64,000 nt of DNA from the human T2T-CHM13v2.0 reference genome, Homo sapiens, in the NCBI RefSeq assembly GCF_009914755.1, contig NC_060928.1. The stretch is one strand, 5' to 3'. The notes under the pieces were generated by a model. The model was not told where the DNA came from. It searched no databases and worked only from the letters and a program-made list of their open reading frames with translations. A program made the position numbers and the translations under genes. Shown piece by piece: positions 12,701 through 26,743 of the stretch (the stretch's first letter is position 1; each line of letters opens with the position of its first letter).

Positions 12701-15700
12701 ATTATAGATGACAGGGTTAATTTTATTTAATTAGGCTTTGGAGGACACTTGAAAAATGAATTCCAGTGTGAGTTTCAGAGTGGCAAACACAAGTTAAAAT
12801 CATGGCTTTGCTATGTGGTACTTGAAGGGATTCAGATAAGTCATGTAATTTTCCTGGATCTGTCTATAAAATGGAAATCATATCTGTCAAGATTGCAAAG
12901 GTTAGGGTATATTATAGGTATTTAATGACAAGGTATGTAATGGGTCTAGTCTGCAAATCTTAACCAGGTAAAAGATGGCCTTATTGTGAGGTAAGAGGGT
13001 CATGGGAGGCCAAGGCATACTCCTTTTTAAATTTTATGGACTCTGTACTGGGGAGGAAAGTTTTTGTGTTAATGACGATGGTATTTAGAAATGCATGGAC
13101 TGGCCTCTCATAGCTGTCCACCCTATAGTCATTCCTTATAGCCATCCTTTAAACCCTCCAGGACCCCCTATGTCCTCATCAGTAAAGGGAAAGCAGGCTG
13201 TCTGGTAAGGGAAATAGGAACTTCCATAAAAAAGCAATTTTAGATATTCTTTTTATAGGTTTTGGCAAAGGTTGATAAAAGACCTAGGGAATTACTGCTG
13301 GTTGCTGCGCTTACATATTTTGAGTGTCTTCAGATGCATTGTTCTCAGTGTATTTAATTTTCTTCTTTAAATTCTGACTTTTGACACATATGATTTAAAT
13401 CCTAGCAGGAATTTTCACCTAGTGCTAAAAGGTACCACATTGCTTTACACTATAATAAGGACGGTCTTTCAGTGTGGGGTATTTTATGTATACTATAATA
13501 TTTTTACATATCCAGTAATTAGATTGTGTAGCAAATCAGGGAAAGAAGTTGGAAGGCAAGAATAGGAATGAAGGGAGGAGAAGAAAGGAAGAAAATGATT
13601 AAAATTACTATATTCCATCAATTCTGAGATACACATTTTTCTCTTACTTAACATCTCTGAAATAGGGATGTATTTTTAAGTTGTTGACATCTTTAAATCA
13701 CTGTAGATGAATTGGCAGTTGTGAGATATTTGTCATTGCCCACACTTACACCCACTTAGTCATAACTTAATCTTGTCATTATTTCAGTTGAGTTATATAT
13801 GCACTATTGGCATATAGTTGTTGAGTGTAATTTCCCTTTTAAAGATCATTTAGAAGATTATGATTAGCATTAGAATGAAAAGTTACTGTGTATGTGGGGA
13901 AACAAAGGGTGATACAAGATAAAAATCCAGGGTTAAATTTAAAAGAAGTCTGTCAATAAATAATATAGGATGTGTCTAAGTAATAAGAAAGCATTGGGTC
14001 AGTTGATTCAATAGTGTTTTTTTTCATAATGTACATAAAATAATAGAGCTTCTTGGGATTGAAGCCATTTTACAATTGATGGCATTTTAGATTTCTTGTA
14101 TAGTATTTAAAGCTTCCAACAAAAATGTAAATTTTTACCTACTGTAATTCTGAAATAGGGAAATTAGAGGTTTTGAGTAGAGACACTTTCAAATTTGTGT
14201 AGCGTTCCTATATAGCATAAGAATTCTAAAATTAAAAGTCTGCCTGTAAAACTTTGATTTCAAAGTAGTAACTTACTTATGTTTGATTCCCAATGTTGTC
14301 ATCGTGGGGCAGAGATTTTGCTTTTTCAAAAAGATTGCAGGCAATTTAGATGGTGTGGGTGGGGAGGACTACTGAGGAAATTGCTCAGTAAACAAAAATG
14401 ATAGTGAAGATCTCAGAATCTCAAAAATCATCTTTTGTGTGTGTATTTTAATGATTAAGATGTACTATAAATTCATGTACAGTATTTGGGATTCTGCATT
14501 AGAGGCATCGTATGATTAATGGCTTTTTAGGTTTGATGAAGTATGATAATTAACATTGAGAAGGACAAAATTAATGTGAAGGGACAGAATGATTTAGATA
14601 ATATGTTTCAAAAGCTTTTGTCCTAAAAAATGCATTATTACCATTTTAATTTAGTAAAGGAAAAAGAAAAGGTCTTGATCCTCACCAAACACAATTAACA
14701 TACTTGGTCTACAGTTTTCTGTGCTTCTCTCTTCATAAATGTTTTATATTTTCAATTACTGTGCATGTCATTCTTATATCTATTTTAATCTCACAGTCTT
14801 AATTTTTTTACATTTTAGTCCAGAGACTTAAACTAGCATTTCCTAAACTGTTTTAGAGAATACTAGTTCAAATAAATGTTAATAGCTGTTCCTGTGTTAG
14901 GATTCTGTCATTAAATATATTGGAAAATGCTTCGTAATTATATCCTTTAGAGAAATTATAGCTAGAGCATTAAAAGAGCTAACTGCAGCATCAGACAGAC
15001 CTGAGTTTCAATCCTCGTTTACTATGTATTACATGAGGCAAATTAATTTTAATTCAAGTTTTCTTCTCTGTATAATGGAGATTATTACAGTATTCGAAAT
15101 TGACTTGTGTAAAGCATTTAGCCAGCCATAGCGCATGTTCTACAAATATATGTAGTTGTTATTATCATCTATGAGAAACTTTATACATATTAGAAACTCT
15201 GAGGATTTAAAATTTTGAAGGTTGACTTATACTCAATGTAAAATTGAAAAATCACAGGGGAGTAATTAGCATAGAGATTAATGAAATGAGCACTGGGTTG
15301 AATGGTAAAAGATTTGTTTGAGCTTTAAGCAGTATTGTTGTTAAACTATCACTGTGCCCTAAGCGTAACATTATTTTAAAAATGTCTTCAACTGTGTTTC
15401 CCCCATTTGTCTGAAAGCTTAGTTAGTTCAAAGAACATGTTTATTTTTGTTCTCTACTATAAACCCAGCACATGACACAAAATCAGGGAGTGTAAAGTTG
15501 GGGTCATGAACTTATTTTAGGAGCCTGGTAGGTAATATAAATGGCAGACAACAGGGAGTAGTAAAGTGTCTGTCTGTCTTACTTAAAGACATTCACATCA
15601 GTTATTTCCAACACTGTTAGCCCTGGAAAAGAAAGCTATCCCTGAACTTTGTCAGGCTAGTTTGTGATCCCTAGAAAAGATTAGTGATTAAGACCAAACC

Positions 15701-15819
15701 CTGAAGAACAGCATCATTAATGGGACAGATTAAAAAAAAAAGGAGCCCTGAAAGGAGGTGACAAGGAAGTAGGAGGTGAAATCAGGTACAAGTAATTTTT
15801 TAAATTAAGAAAAGTATAG

Positions 15820-17376
15820 CCCTCTCCCTCTCCCTCTCCCTCTCCGCACCGTCTCCCTCTGATGCCGAGCCGAGGCTGGACTGTACTGCCACCATCTTGA
15901 CTCACTGCAACCTCCCTGCCTGATTCTCCTGCCTCAGTCTGCCGAGTTCCTGGGATTGCAGGTGCGCGCCGCCACTCCTGACTGGTTTTTGTATTTTTTG
16001 GTGGAGACGGGGTTTCACCGTGTTGGCCGGGCTGGTCTCCAGCTCCTGACCGCGAGTGATCTGCCAGCCTCGGCGTCCTGAGGTGCCGGGATTGCAGACG
16101 GAGTCTCGCTCACTCAGTGCTCAATGTTGCCCATGCTGGAGTGCAGTGGCGTGATCTTGGCTCGCTACAACCTCCACCTCCCAGCCGCCTGCCTTGGCCT
16201 CCCAAAGTGCCGAGATTGCAGCCTCTGCCCGGCCGCCACCCCGTCTAGGAAGTGAGGAGCGTCTTTGCCTGGCCGCCCATCGTCGGGGATGTGAGGAGCC
16301 CCTCTGCCCGGCCGCCCAGTCTGGGAAGTGAGGAGCACCTCTTCCCGGCCGTCATCCTGTCTAGGAAGTGAGGAGCGTCTCTGCCCAGCCGCCCATCATC
16401 TGGGATGTGGGGAGCATCTCTGCCCCGTCGCCCCGTCTGAGATGTGAAGAGCGCCTCTGCCCGGCCGCGACCCTGTCTGGGAACTGAGGAGTGTCTCTGC
16501 CCCGCCGCCACCCCGTCTGGGAGGTGAGGAGCGTCTCTGACCGGCTGCCCGGTCTGAGAAGTGAGGAGCCCCTCCGCCCGGCAGCCGCCCCGTCTGGGAA
16601 GTGAGGAGCGTTTCCGCTTTCCGCCCGGCAGCGGCCCCGTCCGGGAGGTGGGGGGCAGCCCCCGCCCGGCCGGCGCCCCGTCTGGGAGGTGGAGGGCGCC
16701 TCTGCCCGGCCGCCCCATCTGGGAAGTGAGGAGCCCCTCTGCCCGGCCGCCACCCCGTCTGGGAGGTGTACCCAACAGCTCATTGAGAACGGGCCATGAT
16801 GACGATGGCAGTTTTGTCGAATAGAAAAGGGGGAAATGTGGGGAAAAGAAAGAGAGATCAGATTGTTACTGTGTCTGTGTGGAAAGAAGTAGACATAGGA
16901 GACTCCATTTTGTTCTGTACTAAGAAAAATTCTTCTGCCTTGGGATGCTGTTAATCTATAACCTTACCCCCAACCCCGTGCTCTCTGAAACATGTGCTGT
17001 GTCCACTAAGGGTTAAATGGCCCCTGCTCTCTGAAACATGTGCTGTGTCCGCTAAGGGTTAAATGGCCCGTGCTCTCTGAAACGTGCTGTGTCCACTAAG
17101 GGTTAAATGGATTAAGGGCGGTGCAAGATGTGCTTTGTTAAACAGATGCTTGAAGGCAGCATGCTCCTTAAGAGTTATCACCACTCCCTAATCTCAAGTA
17201 CCCAGGGACAAACACTGCAGAAGGCGGCAGGGCCCTCTGCCTAGGAAAACCAGAGACCTTTGTTCATATGTTTATCTGCTGACCTTCCCTCCACTATTGT
17301 CCTATGACCCTCCCAAATCCCCCTCTCCAAGAAACACCCAAGAATGATCAATAAATACTAAAAAAAATTAAAAAAA
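15820..17376 (+). mobile_element. Full-length SVA retrotransposon (older, SVA_B-like) in AIMP1 intron 1, sense orientation
   Basis: (CCCTCT)n at 15820, antisense Alu-like segment, GC-rich VNTR about 16220-16770, HERV-K-derived SINE-R, AATAAA 17350-17355 and an A tail. TSD AAAAGTATAG at 15810-15819 and 17377-17386. Confidence 0.96.
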
Positions 17377-17772
17377 AAAAGTATAGAAAATTTAGATAAC
17401 TTTACCAAGGTCACACAGTCTAAGTATATATAAGCAAGCCCAAGGGTATATATACCCATGTTCCTCTGCCAGTGCTAGTGATCATTATCTGCATGTTACT
17501 AGAAAACATTAACATAAACTTATGCATCCAACCTATATTTTTAAAAAATTTAAATGATAATTAATCAACAAGTATTAGAAAACCTGTTTCCAGAGCTTCT
17601 GTTCTAAAGACAGCAAATGGCTTTTAGCACTTGAGCACAGTTCTGTTAACACACAGACGTAACTAGAAGTGAAATATTTTTAGATTTCACAAGATGAGAC
17701 TTTTTAACATTGGCATCATGAATAATATTTCCAGATACCCAGTTATCTAGGACTGGAGAAGAAGTAGAGTCT

Positions 17773-18088
<316 letters not shown>

Positions 18089-20081
18089 TTATCACATTGT
18101 TTCCTTTTAGTAGTTGCATATGTGTATTTAGTGTTTAGTTCATTTGTATTTCTGTATTTTGAAACATGACATTCTCTTTCCTAAACTTATGCTTGTTCTT
18201 CAATATGTATTATAAAAGTCATATTTTATGTAACTAACTATTCCACTTATATTTTGCAAATAGTTAACAGATTTATCAACTCAGTAAAATTGTATTTTTT
18301 TCTCTTAGGCTAGGATTTATTATCTCTATTTTCAAAATTACTGTTATTCTTAGAAGATTTTTTATATGTTTCTGTATGAGTCAGAACATGAGTTTCTTTT
18401 TTTGATTTTTCAGCAACTTGGTGGGTATTTATTTTTGAAGGACTGTCTAGAACTGTTGGCTTATTTATGAGCATTATTCTTTATGGACTATTATTTTAAC
18501 AGTTTAGAAAAATACAGACCAAAAGAGCACAAAAATTCAAATGAAGATACCACCTTTAAACTCTGCTATTTTTACCAAAATGAACACAGAATACCATGTT
18601 GTTACTTAAACGTTTGCAAAGCCAGAATTGTAGAGAAAATATCTTAATAGAAATGGATATATGAAGAAAGTTAAAGTAAAAAAAAAAAAAAAACTATGCT
18701 CTTCTGAATTTTAGTATCCTGAGTACAGCATTTCTTTAGTTTTTGATGTCTTTTTATTTTAGTCTAACATAAGTAATGATGAAATATACTCAATAGGTAA
18801 AATGTAGCTATCACAAACAATAATGAGTATCTGATTAGGCAGAATTGGCAAGTTTTACATCTCTAGCAAAGACATATTTGATGAATAATACTAAAATGAA
18901 TGAATTGGTGCATTTTAGAAAAATACATTTTGAAAAGATATGGCTCAAATCATCTTATTCAAATTTCAAAATTAAGAGAAAAACTAGAAAACTAGTATCA
19001 GCTAATATGAAACAAGTAGATTTAAGTATAGACTGATGCTCAAAAATGAGCCAACAGATCTAGACAGTCACCTCAAAAATAAATACCAGCCAGTGTATTG
19101 TGGCTTTTCAGAATATTTTTTATATAGGATTGGTATTATATAATAATTTGAAATTTTCAAACAATCTGTTACGTGTCTATTATCTAGTTTTTATTCAAAA
19201 TTTCACCATTAATATTGAGTACTGCTTCATTTATTTAAAGTTAGAATTATTTCAGCAATACTTGTATCATTGTTATACCTTGAATTATAAATTCTTGTTA
19301 AATCAGGTAGAAAAGAACAGTTCATAGTATTACTAATGATTAACCTCTCCATTGTCAGTGTGATTATTTTTCTTAGTATGTGGCAGTTTAAATTTTAACA
19401 TGGTGAATTAATCTCAGAATGTTTGCTTACATACATTTTTCTGTACCTTGATAGTATTTTTTTAAATTTCTCTGAATTTATTATAAAACTAAAATTCTAA
19501 TTTTTAAAATAAAGACAACGGTATATACTGACATTATATCTGAACAAGCATATGATTAATATTTTCTTAATTGTTGATTTTTTCTTTTAATATTTATCTT
19601 TCCTAATTGACGTTTTCTTCTTGAAAATTGTACCTAAGTGAATACACAGTAGAAGGATCCAGTATACAGAAATATAAAAGGAATGAAATCAGCAACTCTT
19701 TACTTTGGAACACAGATGTAATACTCATTAGCATAGTTACGGTTATTGTTATTCTTATCTCTTAGTGTACCTGAAGCTTTCTTTGAAAGCTTTCAACCTT
19801 AAATGTGGCTAAATAGCCTGTTTTCTGCATTTAAGAACAAACTATATTTCCTCTTCTAAGTAGATTCAGGAATTAGTCTACTTAACATTTCTGCTATTTG
19901 TTTGGCTTGTTGCTCTCCATAGGAAAACTATTTTTCTAAGATATTTATCTATTACAGTAGAAAATGTTTTTCCTTTCAGACTGCTTTTTCATAGTGGCCT
20001 ATAGTATAAATTTATTCCTTTCACAGTGTAATTTATCACTTTTATTTTTCCTATAGGATTTTCTGCCGTCTCTTGGCAAAA

Positions 20082-20190
20082 ATGGCAAATAATGATGCTG
20101 TTCTGAAGAGACTGGAGCAGAAGGGTGCAGAGGCAGATCAAATCATTGAATATCTTAAGCAGCAAGTTTCTCTACTTAAGGAGAAAGCAA
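20082..20190 (+). CDS. AIMP1: AIMP1 exon 2, canonical start (exon begins at 20057); N-terminal coiled coil of the multisynthetase complex component p43
   Basis: MANNDAVLKRLEQKGAEADQIIEYLKQQVSLLKEKA; acceptor ttcctatag| at 20056; donor A|GTAAGA at 20191; 109 nt. Confidence 0.96.
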
Positions 20191-21409
20191 GTAAGAAAAT
20201 TTAAAATTTTTTGAGGAGATACTTAAAATGAATTCATACATTGATGGAGAAAAAATAATGTTTACCGCTTTAAGTTATTTAAGTTTTACTTAGAAGTTTC
20301 TGTTATATGTAGAAAAATATCAAACCTGAATTTCTACCTTCAGGACTTCAGTTGGCTTTGGTTTTGTTTGTTTAAATGTATTTTATTTTCAGTAGTCAAT
20401 GTCAGAATAGAAATTTCAAAATCTTTTGCTGTCACTAGTAGAAATAAATGCTTTCCTACGTTTTGTAAGCTAATGGCTTACAAAAACCTGTATTTACTCT
20501 CCAGAAACTTTATCAATTTTTTTCTAATTTTAACATACCACTTTGTTTCTTTTTTTATAGTGTTTCTCGAGATTTTAAAATTATTTTTCTTAAAAATTCT
20601 TACTCTCTTTTTATTAAAAAGATGAAGAGATTGGACATAGTCATTGCTCATATGATATAATATATGTTGTAAACCAAATTTTGTCTTCTGTAGGTGGCCA
20701 TTTCCTAGCCTCTTGATAAGCATTTTAGTTTTGCCAGTTTGAAAATCTTTCTACTTATTCTTCACCTTTATATTATTCTTTGGTAGCCTATACTGGTAGT
20801 TTTTAGTCATATTGCTCCCAATTTAGGATGAATGTTTTATAAAATCTCTGTTAATATCCTGTAAGGAAAATATTTCCTAGAAAAATAACCTACCTATATA
20901 TAATTTTAAAACATATCTTAATCCTATATATAAAATAGAGAAGAGAAATAAAAAGAAAGGTATAAGTAGTAGTAACAATAATATGTATTTCAGTAAGTAA
21001 TACTTCAGCAGAATTATACCACTAAAGGCAGTGTAAGAGGGTCACATGCCCCATGATTCACATACATGGAATCATCAAGAATGCAATAGGTACAATGCCA
21101 ACTAGTATAGGTATATAGTCAGACTGCCTTTGTGTAGGTGTCTCAGATACCAGAAGCAGATAGTGATATAGATGATTTATTCAAACTGATGAGTGATTGA
21201 TTAGATAGTATTTTGAATAAAACAAGGTACAGTCTACTCTTGATTTATGTGGTACTTGATTCATAGAAAATTTAGGGTATAATAAGCATGCTTAAAAACA
21301 CTTTGTGTTTATATATAAAGAATAGTTAAAAATCTAGACTCAAATAATTATTAATAGGATTTTTACTTATACAAATTTATGATAGGCCACTATAAAGTTC
21401 TGCAGGATG

Positions 21410-21566
21410 TGAAACAGTTCTTCATTTTGCAGGAGTATCCAGCATACTGCAGGACATCTGACATTCTTGGCTTCTGCCCAATAAATGCCAGTACTAACAA
21501 TCAAAAATAATCCTACAGATTTTCAAAATCCTACCTACAAAGCAGTACCAACCCCACTGAGAACCA
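21410..21566. mobile_element. hAT-Charlie MITE remnant (MER20-like)
   Basis: TGCAGGACATCTGACATTCTTGGCTTCTGCCCAATAAATGCCAGTA..CACTGAGAACCATT. Confidence 0.5.
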
Positions 21567-21858
21567 TTATTTTTCTCTTATACTTTTGTTACCCCATTGC
21601 ACACTTTTAACACATACATTATATTTTGAGCAAATCCTTGAGTTATTTCACTCATTGAATGTTTGATTAGCTTAACTCAGACTTTAGCAATATTCAGCTT
21701 CTTTTAAAAGGTAATGACTAAAAAGAAAGACATGAGAATAGTTTTTGCTTGTGTGGTAACATCTCAGAATTTTTTTAAAAATATATATATAATTTAATAT
21801 AATGCTTCTCTTTTTTTTCAGCATCTGTTATTGACATTTTATCTTTTATTTTTAAAAA

Positions 21859-22156
21859 TTTTTTTGAGACAGGGTCTTGCTCTGTTACCCAGGCTGGAAT
21901 ACAGTGGCACTATCTCAACTCACACTGCAGGCTCAATCTCCAAGCCTCGATCAGTCCTCCCACCTCAGCCTCCTGAGTAGCTGGGACCACATGAATGTAC
22001 CACAACCCCCAGCTACTTTTTGTATTTATTGTAGAGATGGGTTTTGCCATGTTGCCCAGGCTGGTCTCAAACTCCTGGGCTCAAGTGATCCTCTTGCCTC
22101 AGCCTTTGAAAGTGCTGGGATTATGGGATTACAGGCATGAGCCACTACACCTGGCC
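21859..22156 (-). mobile_element. AluJ
   Basis: GAGACAGGGTCTTGCTCTGTT..CTCCTGGGCTCAAGTGATCC..GCCACTACACCTGGCC. Confidence 0.9.
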
Positions 22157-22522
22157 ACATATTGACACTTTTGTGCCAGCTTCTTAAGTTATTTGCCATT
22201 GCCTTTTATTATAGCCGCAATGCTGAAAAGGTGGTAATTTGATCTTAGTTAGCATCTTAATAGGAGCTAGGAAAATGATTCATAAACAAAGTCTTTCTGT
22301 TTTACTCTTATTTCATATATTTTCTCCCTCTCTCTCTCTCTCTCTTAAATAGCATGTTGTTTTAATAAATATTAAACTGGCATAAAGGCACTGGCCAAAC
22401 ATTTGGTTACACTAGAGCTAGTATTATCCTAGCTGTAGTTATACTGGCTGTCTTCTTTTCAAATAGTATTCATACAAAACCTCTTTTAAAAACATATTTT
22501 AACTGGATGTTCTTGATCCTAG

Positions 22523-22636
22523 TTTTGCAGGCAACTTTGAGGGAAGAGAAGAAACTTCGAGTTGAAAATGCTAAACTGAAGAAAGAAATTGAAGAACTGA
22601 AACAAGAGCTAATTCAGGCAGAAATTCAAAATGGAG
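22523..22636 (+). CDS. AIMP1: AIMP1 exon 3
   Basis: (I)LQATLREEKKLRVENAKLKKEIEELKQELIQAEIQNG; acceptor gatcctag|; donor G|GTAATT; 114 nt, keeps frame. Confidence 0.95.
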
Positions 22637-23147
22637 GTAATTAAATATAGAAAATTTGAGTAATCCAGAAGTTAAGAAGTTGGCCAGTCACACCAACAGT
22701 GAGGAAAGAAGTAAGAATCTGTATCTAGGCAACTTGGACAACTTCATAACTTCTAAATGACTCAGATTTATCAATAAAATGGGGGCATGGATAGAACCTA
22801 CTTCTTAGAGTATGAGAATTACATGAGTTAATTTGTATAAAGCATTTTGAAAAGTGTTTGGGGCATAGTAAGTTCATAATAAATGTTAGCTGTTCTTATT
22901 TGCAGGTTTCTCGGTTTAGTAATTGATTAAATGGGAATCATGCCTTTATTCTTTGATACCTCAATTATGGCTAAAATATGCCTAATTTTTTGGCAGCCAT
23001 TTTATAGTCTCAGACAGTGGATATTTGATAGCCATATACAGTGAATTTTTCATTTAAAAAGAGTTCCCATTTGTGGTTCACAATTTCATATTTTTTGTCA
23101 TATTTATTGGTTTAATATGAATGACATTATTTCATTTTCTGTCTCAG

Positions 23148-23315
23148 TGAAGCAAATACCATTTCCATCTGGTACTCCACTGCACGCTAATTCTATGGTT
23201 TCTGAAAATGTGATACAGTCTACAGCAGTAACAACCGTATCTTCTGGTACCAAAGAACAGATAAAAGGAGGAACAGGAGACGAAAAGAAAGCGAAAGAGA
23301 AAATTGAAAAGAAAG
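23148..23315 (+). CDS. AIMP1: AIMP1 exon 4
   Basis: VKQIPFPSGTPLHANSMVSENVIQSTAVTTVSSGTKEQIKGGTGDEKKAKEKIEKK; acceptor tctgtctcag|; donor G|GTATTT; 168 nt. Confidence 0.96.
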
Positions 23316-24534
23316 GTATTTTTGACCTTTAAGCATATTTAGCTCTTGACTGGATTATCAGAAAATGTCAAGTTTTGATAATGATAATAATAATAGTATC
23401 AAAAGTAAAGTTCAACTTTCATGAGCTAGGATAAAATTAGGAACAATATGATATTGGAACATAAAAGCTGGGTCCTAAATGGTGTGTGAATATTGACCAG
23501 ATTAACGGGGTAAAAATGTGGCATTTTAGGCAGAGGGACTGGCATAAGTTAAAACAGACTGTAAAGGTTAAGTGTAGAAACCCATATGTAGTTTGGTATG
23601 GCTGAATTTTGGTATCTATTTGTGGTATAGTTTGAGAGAAGTCACAGATAGGAAACTAGCTTAGGACCAGTTGTGAAGATAGGAAAAGAACATTCCACCA
23701 GTCAAAACAGACTGTCTGAACTAAGATTTCAAGAATCCATGAGAACTAAAGTAGATAGAAATGTCACCATCCACTTAGGCAACAACCCTTGAAATTTAGT
23801 CATCAACCTTAACCTGTCCCTATTCCCTGTTCTTCATATCTAATTAACCAACAAATTCTATTATTCCTGTCCCCAAAACATACATAGACCCCAGCTCTGC
23901 TCTTTCTTTTCATTAGGTCCTACCTCAGTTCAGGTTTTCAACGATCTTTCATCTGAATTAATATTAAAGCCTCATCTTTTCTAGTTTATTTTTAGCCTTG
24001 CTGCTAAAGCTATTTATTCTAATTGTAAATCTGACTTCCTTTCCCCAGATATGTCTAAAAAGTTGCCTTTATAAATAATTATGAATATTTCTCATTATAC
24101 TTAAACTTATTTACTTTTTTTTTTTTTTTTTGGAAAATATAACATGCAGAGGGATTTATGAACTAACCCAAGCCAATTTAGCCTCTAAAGCACTTGCCAG
24201 TTCCTTTGGCAAACATCAGTAACCTCTGTTAGTTAAAAGTAGGTAGGGGCTGTACAGCCTCTGCTATACAACTTCACCACTAGGTGGTATGATTACAATG
24301 AAAGCAAGTCAGACTAACTCTTCTAGTTTATAAAGTACGTTAAGAAGTAGACACAAAACAACTATATAACCTGTTCTTGCAAATTTGGTGGAATCCATAT
24401 TCTATTCTCTAAGGAGGGTGCACTGTTCTGACTCAGGATTAATCAGTCTTCTAGTTAGAGAAGGCAACAAGGCTCTCCTTTGATGGAAGAGGGAGCACAC
24501 AGGACCACAAGACCAAATGGAGTTATAAGATTAG

Positions 24535-24737
24535 AACACTTCTATCCAATGGAACTTTCTATGATAATGGAAGTACTCTATATCTGCATTATCCAACATG
24601 GTAGTCAATGGCCACATGTGGTTATTAAAGATTTGAAATGTGGGTAGTATGACTAAACTGAATTTCTAATTTAAATAATTTTAAATTTAAATTTAAATAA
24701 CCTATGTGGCTGGCAGCTACCATATTAGACAGTGCTG
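24535..24737. mobile_element. MER3 (hAT-Charlie MITE)
   Basis: TCCAATGGAACTTTCTATGATAATGGAA..GGCCACATGTGG..TATGTGGCTGGCAGCTACCATATTAGACAGTGC. Confidence 0.75.
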
Positions 24738-24767
24738 GTTATAGAGGGCTGTTCCATAGGTGTTTAG

Positions 24768-25268
<501 letters not shown>

Positions 25269-26334
25269 TAGAATGGGGATTCCTGATAAAAGTATTTCAA
25301 ATGCCTAGGAAGTACATTAGAGTTTTAAAATATATACAAATGTAGATATATTGTTATACTACAGTATTTTTAAAGTAAATGCATATACTTTATCACACAA
25401 AAATATTAAGATTTTTGGCATATTCTGGTAATTTTGTTGTACATATTTTTCTGTATAATTTGGATTTTTACCTTTTGAAAAATTTTTGCTAATTTGTTTA
25501 TGGAAAATGGAATTTTTTTAAAGCTTGCTAATGAGATTAAAAATTGGCCATTATTTTAAGTTAATTCCATCCCCTCTTTGATAAACTTATTGTTGTATGA
25601 ATTATGAATACCTTTACACAGAATTCTCCTTTCCTGCTTCATGCAGAATTATTCTTCACTGAGTTTCTATATTTCTTTGTGTATGTCATGTTTATCACAT
25701 ATTCATTATACATATACATGTCTGTCTTCTTTAAAAGAGATTTTGAGTGCCTTGACAACATGGACTGCCCATCTTACTGTTTCCAGTGTCATAGCACTCC
25801 GTATGTTGAAAGATTAAATAAATGTATAGTTGAGAAAGAATGCTTCCAAGCTACAATAGCTTATCTCTGTTCTTTGGATTCAAAGGTAAATAAGGTTTTA
25901 TTTTGATTTTACTTTTTTGGGGCCAGAAAAGCTAATTGTAAACTTAAAGAATATGAATCCTCTTTGCAGGTTACAATTAACTCAGTAGCTAAAATAATCA
26001 TGTGTTAATAAGAGTTACATTTTCAGCAAATAAATAAAAATATAATTATTAAAACATAATCAGAATAAAATATTCTTATCTGCTTAAATAGTTACTGTGG
26101 ATAACCCTAAAATCCTAATATATCTTCAGAGAAATCTAAGAAATGGAGAAATTAATTATGTACTTACTAGTGTATATAAGTGAGGAGGAAAATATTTAAT
26201 GAGTGAAATTGCATTCTGCTCTAGTTCATTCTGTCATTTGGGTACTGGTTGTGGTGTTCTTTCTAAATAAAGTATTTATCACCTTCCAAAGAGCCATAGT
26301 AAAAGTTTTTAGAGGAGTCTCTATTATCCTGTTT

Positions 26335-26515
26335 CGGGGAAAGGCAAACTTTTTCTGCCTAAAGCCTTTGTCACAACTACTCAACTCTGCCCTGGTGCAA
26401 AAGTATCCATAGATGATATGTAAATGAATGAATATGGTTGTCTTCCAGTAAAACTTTATTTATGAAAACAGGCAACAGGCTGGATTTGTCCCATGAGCCA
26501 TAGTTTGCCAACCTC
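26335..26515. mobile_element. MER58A MITE, internally deleted
   Basis: Terminal inverted repeats GGCAAACT..AGTTTGCCAACC; internal CACAACTACTCAACTCTGCC and CCAGTAAAACTTTATTTA. Confidence 0.8.
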
Positions 26516-26743
26516 ACACAATGTCTTCAAATAGAAATACAACAGAGAAATAGCTAAAATAGGATTCAAGATTTTATGACTTGGATAATTTTTTTCTTTG
26601 TTATTATTTAAGTGAAGGTAGGAGATAAACATTCTTTTTATTTTTTCCTTTTAAGCTCATTGGTATGGATACCATGGAGTTTTCATAGTGTTTTTTTGCT
26701 TGGTTTTATTTCTGATGTTTACCCATTCATAAATACTTTTTAG

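Noticed and set aside
16245-16824. ORFs of 87-176 aa with repetitive G/R/P content
   Set aside because: Translations of the SVA VNTR.
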